The notes: generated from the letters alone by a model not told the origin. A stretch of 64,000 bases of DNA from Pelomyxa schiedti (GCA_020536535.1 JAHLWZ010000834.1:1-64000); one strand, 5' to 3'; positions 11,450 to 24,986 are shown, counted from the first letter of the stretch. Numbers and translations are program-made.

Positions 11450-14197
11450 CTAGTTTTGAAACCCAAGTATACAATAGAATACTATGCAATAAACGCTCAC
11501 CATCACTAATGACGAGAGCATGAAGGGAAATCCCCAGCCCATGAACCTGAGGAATGACAGCTTAGTGCCAGACCTTACAGCAATATTGGCAACAATCAGA
11601 TTCGGAGCGGCCGCGATGAGGGTGCCATTGGCACTCATAGAAACGCCTAGGGAAAGGGCCCAGGCGAGGGGCCGCATTGCGCACTTGAGATTTGGATCAT
11701 AGCCAATTTGGTAAATCTAGTGTCAAGTTTAAAGGGGTGGCATCTGTGTTTAGTCTGGTACCAGTGGGAGTATAGCAATCGTGAACGCAATGTTGTTGCA
11801 CCAGCAAGCCAGAAGTCCACTGATCCAAATGATAAAGATCACGGCAAAGGATAACTGATACTTTTCGGGGAAATCTAGATGAAGTGTTAATTGCGGGTCA
11901 TTTTTATGGGACATTTACATCCAATCAGGGTTTCGGCAAGGCTTGTGAGTGTATAAGTGAGGCTTAGGCGGTCAGCTAGCTTGACAAAGATGAACAAATA
12001 CGAAAAAAATAGTAGTGTGGGCCATTCGACTTTCTCAAGAATTTCCGTAATGTCTTTGTGGCTTGCGATAAGAAGTAAAATCTGTTTGGTGGTTGGTTGG
12101 ACAGTGTAGTGAATTCACATACGCCAGCTCCAGCAACTGAAACTAGAGCAGCACTAAGACCGGTCCAAGTCTCTACTAAAAAGCCAATCAAAACACCACT
12201 TAAAACAACCACGCATTTCACAAATTTAGCGGGGTCTCGCAATCGGTACACTAGAAGAAGAGGTGAATCTTAAGTCTTCAAGAAGTGAAATGAAAATAAC
12301 CTGGAATGATTTGAGTCCCACCCTCATTCAGTAGGTGTGCTACTTCATCATCTATCTCTCCTGTATGTGCTGTTGGTTCAGGAGGCTCTTCTAGTAAGCC
12401 AGTCATATCGTCATTCGACCCCGTTGTAACGCTGGGGGTCTCTTCCACATCATCACCAAAGCCTGCGACAACAGCCCCGTCAAGGAATTCTTTAATTTGG
12501 CTTGGCTTCAGAGATGCACTCATGTGTGAACCAGGGGAAGTGAGAATATCCTCGGAACTTCTGGGAGCAGGAGGTTGTTGGTTCGTGATGGGTGTACGAG
12601 GGAGCCGGGATACAGAATAACTGGTTGGGCCAGCATTTAAAGGAGGAGAGCTAGTCCTGCGGTTGCTCACACTCAGACTCCTGTTTGGGTGGAGAGGAAG
12701 TGAATATTTCGTTTGAGGGTGTGGAAAAAATACTTGATTTTAGGTATATTTGCAAAAGATGCAACATAGGGGATAGTTGCAGCAGATAAATTTTGGAGCT
12801 CGGGTACGTTCATTTCCACACGGGTATTAGTTCTAAGCATGGCTCTGAATTGCATATACATGATAACTGATAACATCGGAAGCATCATAATAATACAGGG
12901 AGCACAGTTAACGAGACTGAAAAAGTAAGATGGAGAAAGATCTGAAAGGCCATACAAGTCGTTGAACCCCAAACCAAAATAATTGCCTATGATCAAATTT
13001 GGTGGGTCACCGATATAAGTCATTCCACCTCCCAGAGTACAGAAATAAACCAACGCCATCAAAAATGGTTTGGGCTCACAATCCAAAAGAGTAGCTATCC
13101 TCACGCTCATTGGGGCCATCAGCAGAACAGTTGTGCAGTTATCAAGAAATGCGCTTGCGGCCATTGTGAAGGTCCCAATAGTGAAAAAAATGATCCACCT
13201 TCGTGTCACCATGGGAATCTTGGGCCACTTTCTACTTATTTTTAGTACAGCCCAGGCACTGTACTCAAAAAATCCAGTTTGTGCAAATACAACCATAATT
13301 GTCATCATTGACATTAGTAATACGATTGTATCCCAATCTAGCCAGCTGCACATTTCTTGAAGAGAAGGCATTGCTTGAGACGCCCACACGAATATAAACA
13401 ATACAATACATCCAAAAAGTGTGACAAGTGTGCGACTGACAAGCTCGAATGACAGAAATATAAACACAAGTAAAAACACAGCTGAAGCAAGATAAACCTT
13501 GTGGGATGTTGAGAAGTGTATTTTTTTTCACCCTACACACCTGGAGTTCTCCATACTTCCCTAACGGGACAGCATTCATTACTATGCAGATACTTATTTC
13601 CTCATATGACTGGTACACACGAGTCATGTGAACACGAAGGGCCTCAGATCTGACAAAGAGTGAGACTATAATGATGAACCTTCCTTACTTCGAAATGTTA
13701 TAAGATTCTCTCTTGTAGTGCCTTTCACAGACAGAAACCATGGAGAAAATAGGACAAGACATTTGCGTTGCTGGTACATCCACCCAAGTTGTTGGGTCCT
13801 TTACGGACATCACTGAGTCGGAATCAGGATTCACAAGGGCACACAAGCACTCAAGGTACCTCGTTACAAAGGAAACATGCACAAAACGAAGAAACAGTTT
13901 GCGTACATACTCCCTCTGCAAAGTAGCAGACACAATTTGTGACATGTCCGACGTGTATTCTGGCACTTCAATATCTAAGTCTACAGCAGCCGAATTAAAA
14001 ATAAGCAAGTGCAAAGGTGATGCCACACGAAGTTTGAGCAGTTCGAAGTCAGAGGTGACGGGCAGGTTGATTTCACCCTCGTACTCGTTGAGACAACCGT
14101 ACGGTGAAAAAATCCCCCCCTCACTGGCTGAACATGTACACGAGAGGAGATCCAGCAACAACACAACTGACCAAAACAGTGTTGTTGCCCGCAACAT
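11450..14197 (-). CDS. P-protein/OCA2-like ArsB-NhaD (IT superfamily) transporter with signal peptide and luminal domain
   Basis: LDWDTIVLL..MM, TGFFEY, SAFLDNCTTVLLMAP, GGGMTYIGDPPNLII, ANGTLIAAAPNLIV, SFLRFMGWGFP. Confidence 0.87.
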
Positions 14198-14668
14198 CGA
14201 GATTCACGACGTGGGTGCTTGTTGTGGGGTTTTTTGGGAAAAAAAATAAGAAAAAGGTCAAAAGGCACTTCGCAAACAAAGCGTCCCAGTGAAGTGGTAC
14301 GATCTCACGAACTTTTTGACAAGTGGTTTGTTCGTGAAAAAAACTGTACGCAGGGTGGACATAAAAGGCACTGTCCTACCGACACTTTCTTTTGCGATTT
14401 CCGAAAACATCAAATGCACAGTGTTCGCGTCCCACAATCCGGCTTTCTGGACTTCCCGGATTGTGTTTGTCCTCGAAGTCCATATAAACACCAAGCAAAG
14501 CTGATGAAAACAGGTCCGTTGCTAATGTTTACATTAACAACCGGCCGCCAAACTTTGAGAGATTTGGCATTCGGGGACTAACCCTCCTTGGGTGTCTCAT
14601 CCGTGAAGTTATCCAATGTTCTGATACCTATTCTTTTTTTTTTCTTTTTCTAGCAGTAGGCAGTAGAA

Positions 14669-17600
14669 TCATAGAGTTGCTGTTTGTTGGAGTAGTGTTC
14701 TTTCTGCTGCTGACAGGGCTCCCCATGCAGCTGTGTATGGGTAAGTGTTTTCTTAAAACAGATTGAAAGTAAGTAGGAGTGCACAAACCTTGCAAAACGG
14801 TTACTGGTGTATGCTGTTGTATGTGCCGCAAAGTTGCACCAATGAGATTAGGTAGGTCACCTGTTAGAACCCCAGAATCTAAGGCGGATGCAAACACTTT
14901 GACTATGTGCACCATGTTTCTCATATCTTGCCCAAGAATGACGGGATCGCCGCTGAGTTTGGGTTGTTTTGTTTAAGTTCAGCAATACAAATTGACAGTA
15001 CCTAGTCACAAATTGACATAGAGAGGTATAGCACAATTTGGCTTCTAATTCGTCGGCCAATACAGGGAGGTTCTTGAACCACATTAGAAGCAGCTCATTT
15101 CGGCCTTGTGTGTTGCCTTTCAGTGGTTATTCCCTCGAGAATAAATTTAAAAAGAGTTACTTGGAAGGCCCTTCCAGATTCTCAAGAATGCTGATATTGC
15201 ATTATCAGTCGCGTTTGATTCTTGTTCATTGCTTCGGCTTCGGGGATTCCGAAGGACTTGATGCAAAACTTTAATTACACCTGGAAGAGGGAGGGGAAAG
15301 AGGGTATCGTCAAAGAAGGAAAATACACGGAATAAAGGAAAACCTTCTAAATACGGTGCTAATAGGTGATGTCTATTTTGCCCACACATTCCTATTCCAT
15401 AAAGAGAAGCTTGTCGAACACCGGGAGATGTGTCAGTGCCAGCAAACTTGATGATTATGGGAAGATATCTTGTTGCCACTTCATCAGCCTCTGGCCTTGG
15501 AGTGTGAAATGCTTTATGAAGATAAGGCATCGTTTAGAACATACCCACAGAACTCAAAAACGTCATCAAGGAAACAAACTCCATACTGTCTTTCACAGTC
15601 GGGTGTGGGTCTTGCCTATCGCACATAAGACAAGGAAAAAACATAAGTGGATTCCAACTAGCATAGTATCGATACGAGGTAACAGTTCAGTTCGGAAAAA
15701 TGGGAAGTAAATCTGACTATGAAATTGCGCTATTTTGCCGAAGCAGTCACACAGCTGTTGGAGGATGAAAGAGATTTTTTTAGAGGATGTAAAAAAACCT
15801 CAGTTAAGATGTCCTCTTCCTTAAATTCATCCTCCTGAAGTTGATTTTTATCCTCTTCACATTCGCATGTGCCAGCAGTTTCTGTATGGTACTTCAGACA
15901 TTCACTCTTTTCATCATTTGAGGGAAAAACCTTCTCGTTCTTCTCTGCGGGCTTGCCAAGCAGCTAGCAATTCTAATCCAATTGTCTCAAACTGATTGAC
16001 ATCCTCCTCATTCAAACAGGGTCTTCCAATGGCTTCCATGCTCTACAACGTAGGAGTCTATATTCTTATCTTCTGAGGAACTTACTGTATCGATTGCATT
16101 TAACTGCCCAACAAGAACTTCATGGTCTTTCTCTGTTGCAATTGCAGAAATTAAGCCTATAAATAATTCATGCCATAGTGCAACAGTAGACCCCGTGCTG
16201 ATTCCACCTGAATGCATAATTTTAAAAAAATGTTCGCGAATGTCAAACAGAATTGTTACCAGATTTTTCCATTTCCAGTGCAAATTTAATTAGAACAGGT
16301 GCGCCTTGGCAAGCTTCAACTCGTATACCTTCCATTTTGTTTGTAAATATTATAGAAAGACATAATACCTGCAACCTTCATGAAATTCTGACTGCATGGC
16401 GAGTATTACTACCCGAACTACATCCTTCAGGTAAGGTAAAAAAGAACTGCCTAACTGTGCTGCGTATATGAGAATTAGCCTAATAGCAGAAAGCTTCTCC
16501 TCAAGAACAGAGGTATGAATAGCTAGAGACTGGAATGCAGGTGGGGTGATTAATGTTTCTGGGATAGTACCAAATTATGATAGAATACCTTGACACCAAC
16601 TTTGTAGACAACCCAGCCAGGCTCATGCTCTCCATCTGGAAGGAAGCTGTTATTTTGTTTTACAGGTAAACTATAGATTCACCATCAGCTACAGTGACAT
16701 CAGCCTTAAGTGTAGCTCTTTCCAAGGCGGAGGGCATTACCAGTGGAAGATATGGAGCAAATTTTTCTTTCAAACACTCTGCTATTCTTCCAAATGCAGA
16801 TTCAAAACACGCAATTTGAGGGTCGTCAGCTGATACCACTGGGAAGAACGTTTTGTCTATGCATGGAAGGCGAAGGCAAACCTTGTGTTTGAACAATGGC
16901 ATTCATAATTTCTCTTGCATCTTCCTCAAATCGTTCATGCCCAACTGCAATTCCTATATTTGATTTATTTTGAATACCGAACAAGTCGGACCCTTACCAA
17001 TAAGTGTTAATGACTCAATTGCCTTTGCTCTTAATTTTCGGAGGGAAACTGATCTTGCAGTGCCCATAATGTTCTTAAGATGGGGAACAAAAGTGTTGTA
17101 GAACTAATGACACAGTCAATGTCGGCCTACGTTTGAATTAAACTCGTACCGGAGTGAAGCCTAATTTCAAGGAGTGGGCGGCAGTGGAAATAGCACCAAC
17201 AGTTTCTTCTTGTACATACACATTCCTATAAGGCAAACGAAAGGTGTAAGTAGATTTTTGGCTAGTAGAAAGTTATTTATCACTGACGGTATCTGTAATA
17301 ATGTCAAGAGTGTCTGCATCATTTGTGTGACATAAATGGATGCTATTTCTTTGGAACAGCCAGAAATGAAGTCTGCTATGGTGACAGCTACATTCGCTTG
17401 AACTCTTTTCAATATTACATGCAAACTCGAGTAAATTCTCAATTACCTGGCAGATGTATCGTGAACTAAGTCAAGAACGACTGGCAGGAATTGGGAGGCG
17501 AGTTTAGTTTGAAATGCTGGCTAAAGTAGTTAAGAAAGAGAGGGCTAAGTGTTATGTACCCCAAACTCTCGGCAAAACTTTCCATAGCACCCGATACAAA

Positions 17601-19591
17601 GCCACCTCACACGTGGATGAGCATCACGTAAAAGTGGCAAGAGAAGTCTTTATGTTGTTAAAAGGAAGTACTTTATGTACGCGTACCCATGTATCTCAGC
17701 AAGATAGTTTTTAAGAACAAAGTGGCAACCATCAACTGATAAAGCAAGTGCGAAAATAGCAGCATACCTTGTTGTGACATTAAGGAGTGAGGAGGGAGGA
17801 AATGGATTTTTTCAAAAAAAAATATGTGCCTTTGTCTCCAGTCTTGTGAAGCCAATAAAGAGGAAATATAGGGCAATAAAATGGGAAGGATGGCACTACC
17901 ACCTATTCGGAAAAGTCAAAAAGCTGTGGGTTGTGATAACCTGTACCCAGGGCGCTGGTGAGTCTGTCAATACTCTGGGCAGAGAAATCCATGGTAGAAC
18001 ATAGTGAATCTTCTTTAAACTTCTCCCACGAGTCTGACTCAGAAACTTGCATCAACCATGACAGCAGCAATTGCAAAATTTTTGCAGTAAAAGTAGTGTG
18101 CTTTCTGTTGTCGAACTTTAGAGGAATAGTGTGGGAGGTCAGTACTTAATAATGGGAAGTTTCCCCTCACAAAGTGATAGTAGCACTTCAACAGCTAAAC
18201 ACCGAGTATTTATAGAAGTTATGAAAAACAGATGTAAAGTTTATGTGAGGGGAATAAAGGATATCTTCTTCCAGGGACTGATTACAGGAAACCTCAACCA
18301 TTGTATCCACCACCAGTATCAAGTGTGGTGCAAAAAACTCAGGGCTATAACTTGCCAACTCGATAAATACCTCCAGCGCTTTGCAAGCATCCAATTCGGT
18401 GTGTTGGTCAAGTGAAAGAGTGACGCACTGTTATGAGTTAATCTCAGATTAAGTAACAGTTAAACCTCCAGCATTTTCGGGATTAACTCTTGGAATTGAA
18501 CTGTTTCTGTCTCTTCACTTAAAACTTGAAAAAAAGCTGAAGTTGCTACAAAGCACTGCTGTCTCACCTAGCAAAGGATTAGCTAAAGCAGAGTGATGTT
18601 TAAATACTTTTAAGTCCGCATCTCCCATCCCAGATGCAAGGAGGAAATGCACTTGCTTAAAGACTGGCCGCCACATATCTGGACCAAGGAGAACAGATAA
18701 ATCAGCAAAGATGGCAAAAGATGCGAAACGCTGGCTGGGATACTGGCATGTGTAAATGTTGGCTGTGTTTTATGAGTTTTGGTTTGAGTGTTGTGTTGCT
18801 GCCATGCCAGGGAGGTGGTAGTTGTTTCAGGAAGATAAAAAGAAAAGATGGGGGAAAAATTCAAAGAAAGAAGGTACTTGTGAACTAGCACAGGTGAAAA
18901 GCTGAGAAAGTAACTGTGGCCACATTCCTATAGATGTAAATGTTTGTACTTAAAACCTGCATGGCATCAACCTTCTGGTACCAGTACACCAGCAAGGTCA
19001 GCAACAGTGTCACATACAACTCGCAACACAGACCTCTGATTATCACACATAACAATTCTCATAAGACAATTCTGGTAAGGTAACAGTTGGCTTTTGGTTT
19101 ACAAAAATGAAGAAAAACCTTGATAAAGTCTTGGTTTTCTGGTGAAAGTGTTGCCCACAGAGAGCCCTCATCCTTAATCAATGATGTACGAAGTAAAGTT
19201 GCAGCTATTTGCCGACACTACGGGGAAAAAGTGACCGAGGTGAGGGACAACAAAGACCGCACTCCATGTATAAGTGTATAAGCATTTGATTTAAAAGGGG
19301 AACAAAAAAAAAAAAGGGGGGGGGGGGGGGGGGGGGGCATACATCCACAGGGAACACAAACAGGGCAGGAGCCGCGGCACCACAAGAAGAAGAAGCGGGG
19401 GCGTCGTCGGCGACGTAGGCAGCCACCATTGCCAGGGTGCAGGCAGCCAGCCCCGGCGACTGCGCGCACACCCCCCGGTAGATCCCCTCCGCCTGCCCCC
19501 GCTCCTCGTTGTTGGGCGACAGAATCCGCATCAGCAGACCCGCCATGTTCCGCGTGTCCTCCGTCGTGGGCCCAGCTGCTGACGACGCCAT
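14669..19591 (-). CDS. IPO5: Importin-5 (Kap121/RanBP5) family karyopherin-beta
   Basis: ILSPNNEERGQAE N-terminus; WPQLL; LRAKAIESLTLI; FAPYLPLVMP; VRQASLYGIG; ATDNAISA; ~20 short introns. Confidence 0.9.
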
Positions 19592-19697
19592 TGTTGCAGA
19601 GTCCCGCTACCTGTGTGGTGTAATTGCCTCGGGTGTTGATGAGCGAGATGAGACGAAAAACGATGTGGACGAAGGAGACAAAATAAAAAAAAAACAA

Positions 19698-20501
19698 ATG
19701 TCAACGCAGACCGAGGTGCCACAGCGCCAGGAGGAGCCGCCCGAGGAGCCCAGGGAGCACGTCAGGGTCATGCTGCGGGGGCGCAAGGCAGCGGAGTGTC
19801 CTGTGTGCGGGCCGCCCGCGGAGGGGGGGGCTGCCACGCCCCCAAGCAGCGAGAGGGAAGGGGGCGCCGGGGCGAGCGGCAAGGGGCCCGTGGCGAGGCA
19901 CGAGGCCAAGGCGTGCGGCGTGGGGGAGGTGCCCTGCGCCGTCGTGGGCTCCCGCGTGAGGGTGGAAATAGTCGACGGGGTGCGGTGCCTCGTGGGGATC
20001 CTCTCCTGCGTGGACAAGGAGCTCAACCTCGCCCTGTGCGACGCCTACGAGCACAGGCTCATCCAGCTGCCTCGTGCCAAAAAGCCCACTCTTGCGGACA
20101 CCCCAGCCGCCACGACGACAACAAGTTCAGCAACAGAACCTATTAATACCACAGCCCAGGCACCCGAGGCTGTCACAACAACCATACCAACAACAGCAAC
20201 AACAACAACAACAACCACCCCTTGCGAGTTTGACACCAAGGAAGAGGTAGTTTATGTGGCCAGCGTGGTCATATCATACAAAAACTGGACCAAGATCTGC
20301 ATGCTAAAGCCAAGGGTCAACCCCCCATCAACACCTCCCACAACTGAAATACCCAACACCACCGCAGACGCCACATCCCCAGCAGTCCCACAATCGCAAC
20401 CCCCCACAGAACCCACAAAACCCCACGAAACAACCACTGCGGATTCGCAACCTCAGCCCCAGCCCCAGGACCCACCCCAGCCCACAGTCGACACCCACTA
20501 A
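19698..20501 (+). CDS. Sm/LSM-domain protein (NAA38/Mak31-like) with Thr/Pro-rich insertions; single exon
   Basis: Sm1 VGSRVRVEIVDGVRCLVGILSCVDKELNLALCDAYE; Sm2-like YVASVVISYKNWTKI. ATG follows an A-rich leader at 19698. Confidence 0.75.
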   Translation: MSTQTEVPQRQEEPPEEPREHVRVMLRGRKAAECPVCGPPAEGGAATPPSSEREGGAGASGKGPVARHEAKACGVGEVPCAVVGSRVRVEIVDGVRCLVGILSCVDKELNLALCDAYEHRLIQLPRAKKPTLADTPAATTTTSSATEPINTTAQAPEAVTTTIPTTATTTTTTTPCEFDTKEEVVYVASVVISYKNWTKICMLKPRVNPPSTPPTTEIPNTTADATSPAVPQSQPPTEPTKPHETTTADSQPQPQPQDPPQPTVDTH

Positions 20502-20606
20502 AAGCCATCACTTTTTTTTGATCAACCTGATCTTCGGTGCACCCTTTGTTTCAAACCCGAGACGTTGCGAACGCCGGGGCAAATTTCAACAAAAACCAAA
20601 ACGAAG

Positions 20607-23600
20607 ATGACGCCAGTGATGATGGTGACTGTGCTTGTCGCAATTACGGCAACTGCGACAGTGGCCACGGGCGCGGAGGCTTTCGAACGTAGTCGTGGTT
20701 CTGGGCCATTGGCGTATACGTCGCGAAACTGCACATTCCAACAAGAAGTCGATGTGCTGTGCACGTTGCACAAGGAGTACCCGTTCTTGTGGGACGAAGA
20801 TCCTTGCAACTTCACGATGCCATGCCAGACGCCTTTGTTGGGTGTTACCTGTTATACTGATGAAACTAAGGGTCACGTGCAATCACTGTATGCTTATACT
20901 TCGTGGCAGATGCTGTTTTGTGCTTATTTTTATGTTACTGTTAAACTTCTCATTCCATTTATGTCATCTCACTGCTTGATATTTCCCTCCTTCAAATATA
21001 TCTCTTGTTTTAGATCTCTCACTGAGAGCAATTTGGGTGGCTCATTTCCAGAGTGTGTTACTGGGCTCTGCTATCTACATGTATTGTACGTTTCCTTCAA
21101 CTGAATGTTTTTAAAAACCAAACCCAAACAAGGGATCTTGCAGATACTAAATTGCATGGAACTATTCCCGAGATGGTCGGGAACTTAACTCAACTTCTTC
21201 AACTGTTGTCTTCTGTTCTTTGCACTTTTCCCCTGACACTTGACAGATGTCTCCAATCCAATCTTTTCACTGGGTCAATTCCTTCCTCCATTGGAAATAT
21301 GGGCAACCTTCAGTATTTGTATGAAAATCATCCATCATTCATGTGGTTTGATTATACTTCCTTCCAGAGATGTTCACAGTAATGACATAACTGGTGTTAT
21401 TCCCAGTACCATTTCTGGTTTGACTAGTCTCCGTTACTTGTAATACCTTTGCTTTTGTTGTGGTTGTCTCAAGTTTTTAATCACCCAGGGATGTGTCATT
21501 CAATGACTTCAATGGCTCGTTTCCTGACACAATGGAAAGTTTAACTCAACTTCAGTACCTGTATGTAAGTTCTACTAATATCCAAAATGTAACCAAGAAA
21601 GAGATTTTTCCTACAATGAACTCTCAGGGGAGATTACTGAGCACTTTTGCAAGATGGTAGCCATGCAGTGTTTGTACATCCCACACTTGATTGTTGTGCA
21701 CTCTAATTGTGTCAAGGTTTGCCTCGTACAATGATCTTTCAGGTTCTTTACCGTCATCCCTTGGCAATATGAAATCTCTTGTTCTTCTGTAAGCTGAAAC
21801 TGAGGTGGAAGAAACTTTTCAGCTGATTTCTTTATTCTCAGAAAACTTGATAATAATGGCTTGAGTGGACAAATCCCCAGTTCCATAGGAAATTTTTTAA
21901 GTCTACAGTACCTGTATGATCGTGAAAACTCATAGCAAGCTGATACATGAACAATAGGGGAATCTCACATAATTCTTTCACTGGAAGTATTCCTTCCTCG
22001 TTGGGAAATGTGACAAACCTTCAAATTTTGTAATGAACCTATCCCCACTTCTCCAATTGATTCTTAATAGGGATATGTCATACAACTCTCTCGAAGGAGA
22101 CCTTCCAGATACATTGTTGCAACTCAAAGAACTGTATTACCTGTAATAACCTTTCCCATTTATACTTTGTATTTCTTTTTTTTTTTTTTTTTTTTTGTAA
22201 AGTTTCTTTAGAGATATTTCTTCGAATTTTCTCAACAGTACACTCACATACTTCGATACCTACCTTCAGACTCTTGGCTTTTGGTATGTCTGAAAAGCAA
22301 TTCTTCCTTCCTCACACTTTTTCTTTAGTAACTTGTCAACTAATTGCATTTCTTGTGAGTCACCTCATTCCTGCTACTGTAATTCGTCACTGAGTTCATC
22401 CATGTGTACATGCATTGAGGCAGAGCAAGGATGCTATATCGAGGACTCTTGTTATGTCAATGGTCATATTGTTAATACTGGGGGATGTAAACAGACATGT
22501 AACACTTCTTTGGAGCTATTTACCTGGATACCTGCTTCCTGCCCTAGTGTCAGTGAAGGTTTACTCTTGCCGTGTGAAATTGTCTCTCACCGCTTCCAAG
22601 ATTCGGGATTATCATCAAAGACAATAGGTCTTGTGTCATTCTGCATCGTTTCCATCGTAATAACATCCTGTGTACTCACATGTGTTGTTGTTTACAGTAG
22701 GTGTGTTTGATCTCTTTTAGATTTCCTTTGTGGCTCTCATGGATCTTCTAACGGAAACTTCAAAAGGAAATCAAAAAAAGAGGAAGCAAAGACTCTTCTC
22801 CCAAAAAAGAGCCTTGCCGATTTAAGTGTTAGTTGGTGTGAATTTTGATCTATTCCTCCCCTCACTCTTTCCACAACTCAACACTACACTGAAATATTTA
22901 TCCCAAAATCTCGCTACTAATCTCCAAAAGTAATACCCCAGAAGAGTTTCCTCTTAAGCTCTCCCAGACTGTTGTTGATTTGGGTGAAAGGGCTCCAGTT
23001 GGCATTGAAGTGACCCAGGCAATAACAATTACAAATCCAGCAAAGACGGCAATCAAAGTCAAAATCGTCCCACCTCAATGCAATAAAATCGTGTTGGTCA
23101 TTCAACCTGCTAGCAAGACTATCAGATCAGTGCGCATTTACACCATAGGAATATAGTTACTAACCTACCTTGGAAGGGAGGGAAACTTGAGGTACTACTA
23201 AAAATTAAGATCCTGTGCACCACTACAATTGATGCTGATGCCCACATTTTCGCAGAAAAATGTATCTTCCACTTTCTTTCCACTTGTACTAACTGTAATT
23301 AGCTGGAGAAACATTGGTTATTTTTTTTTACTATTTCTTTTGTTCGGGGTTGGAGAGGGAACCTGAGAATGAAATTGATGCACTTTAGGGTATTCTTCCT
23401 CTAAGGATACAAGCAGTGGCGGAAATGTCAACTTCCATTGATATGGACCATATCTTGGTACTTGTTTTACTCATAGAAGTAATTTTAACTTTGGCATTAG
23501 TTAGATCCGTTACCAATTGGCGAGGGTGGATATGGTGATTTCCCTCCATCATTCCATCCATCAAACCTAATCTTGTTTAATATTAGGGGTGGTTTACAGA

Positions 23601-24986
23601 GGAAAATGGTTTGTGTTATTATTACAATGTCTAATTATGCCAAACCTGTTTTAGGGAAGAACAAGATGTGGCAGTGAAAATTTTGAAGGTTTTTTCCCAC
23701 CCCTTACTTCTGCTTTCTAAGGAAATCCTTAGAATCAAGAAGGACACAGTATTTTTCCTGAATTTGAAAAGGAAGTCAAAGCCATGGAAATGTTGCGTTG
23801 TCCACAGGTTCTACATTCACTCATGCATCGATACTAAACTTATTTTAGATTGTCCATTTCGTTGGCGCTGTACGAATTCCCGGCAGCCTTGCTATTGTCA
23901 CTGTATGAGCCACTCTCCTTAATCCACTTAAATTTTAATAGGAATTTTCTTGTCTTGGGAGTTTGCGCTCCTGTATGAAGGTTTACAACGATAAAATTGG
24001 GATAAAGACTTATTATTAAAGAAATACAAAATGGCTATGGCATTGAAAATGAAGTGTCTTCTTGATTGTGCAAGAGGTTAGCAGTAAATCCTTGATTATT
24101 TGCTAAAAACTTTAAGGTATGGTATTCCTGCACAAATCCCATGTGCTCCATAGGGATATCAAGACTGACAACCTCCTGGTATCTCCCTTACTCCAGACTT
24201 ATCTAAGAAACGAAGATGTTCTCAATGGACGAAAATCAAGATGTTAACTGCAAGATCACTGGTATAATAAATCTGAGCACAAGTCCCTTAAATAATGCTG
24301 TCAGATTTTGGTTATGCAAGAGAAGTTGTCCGAGATAGAACAACTCAGTGTTATAGCACGGTACTTCAACTTATATTCTTTGGTGGTACAAACCATCACA
24401 AAGGTAGGAACACCTATTTATATGGCGCCGGTAAGTACCACTTCCCATTCCAAATGATTAGTAACCAGAACGTAGGAACTTCTGTTGAATGGCAAATACA
24501 ATGTAGTGCTTTCTTTTTAGATTGTTATTGACCTCTTTCTTTTCTTCTAACTTTTTGAATTAGAAAAGTGCCGATGTCTTCAGGTTGACCATTTCTATTT
24601 CTCTCCTTTTTAATCATTTTTACAGTTTTGGAGTTCTTGGTTATGAACTACTGACTGAAAAAGAGCCGTATGCTCACTTACCAACTATATGGCGTATCTT
24701 CCTCTTGTTTGTGTTCTCAGCCAACGTTTTACAGGGATTATCCAGTTTGTCATTGATGGACATGTAATTACTTCTCTCTGGCAACTTCTTTTAAACTTGA
24801 ATTCAGAGACTATCACTGGATGGTATTCCGGCACCTTTGCAAGAACTTGTTGGAAGATGTTGGGCACAGGATTCGAGATCACGCCCAAGTACATACCCAT
24901 CTTGTGTTTCTTCCCTGACAAAAACTTCAGCTTTTTTGGATGTTTGTACCATACTCGAGAATTTAATTCAAGAAGGAAAAATGTAA
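20607..24986 (+). CDS. LRR receptor-type transmembrane kinase (signal peptide, LRRNT, 11 LRR, Cys-rich, TM, Entamoeba-TMK-like juxtamembrane, TKL kinase)
   Basis: Signal peptide; W..DPC..LGVTC cap; LxxNxLxGxIPxxLGxL repeats; TM IGLVSFCIVSIVITSCVLTCVVV; IGEGGYGVVYRGKW, VAVKILK, HRDIKTDNLL, DFG, GTPIYMAPE. Confidence 0.9.
21014..22283 (+). repeat. Array of eleven 72-nt LRR exons
   Basis: Exons 21014-21085, 21133-21204, 21247-21318, 21368-21439, 21489-21560, 21602-21673, 21717-21788, 21842-21913, 21958-22029, 22071-22142, 22212-22283. All are bounded by AG/GT and phase 2. Confidence 0.92.

Noticed and set aside
19509-19697. Apparent overlap of the LSM ORF with importin-5 exon 1
   Set aside because: The extension relies on a non-ATG start. 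The ATG at 19698 after an A-rich leader removes the overlap.
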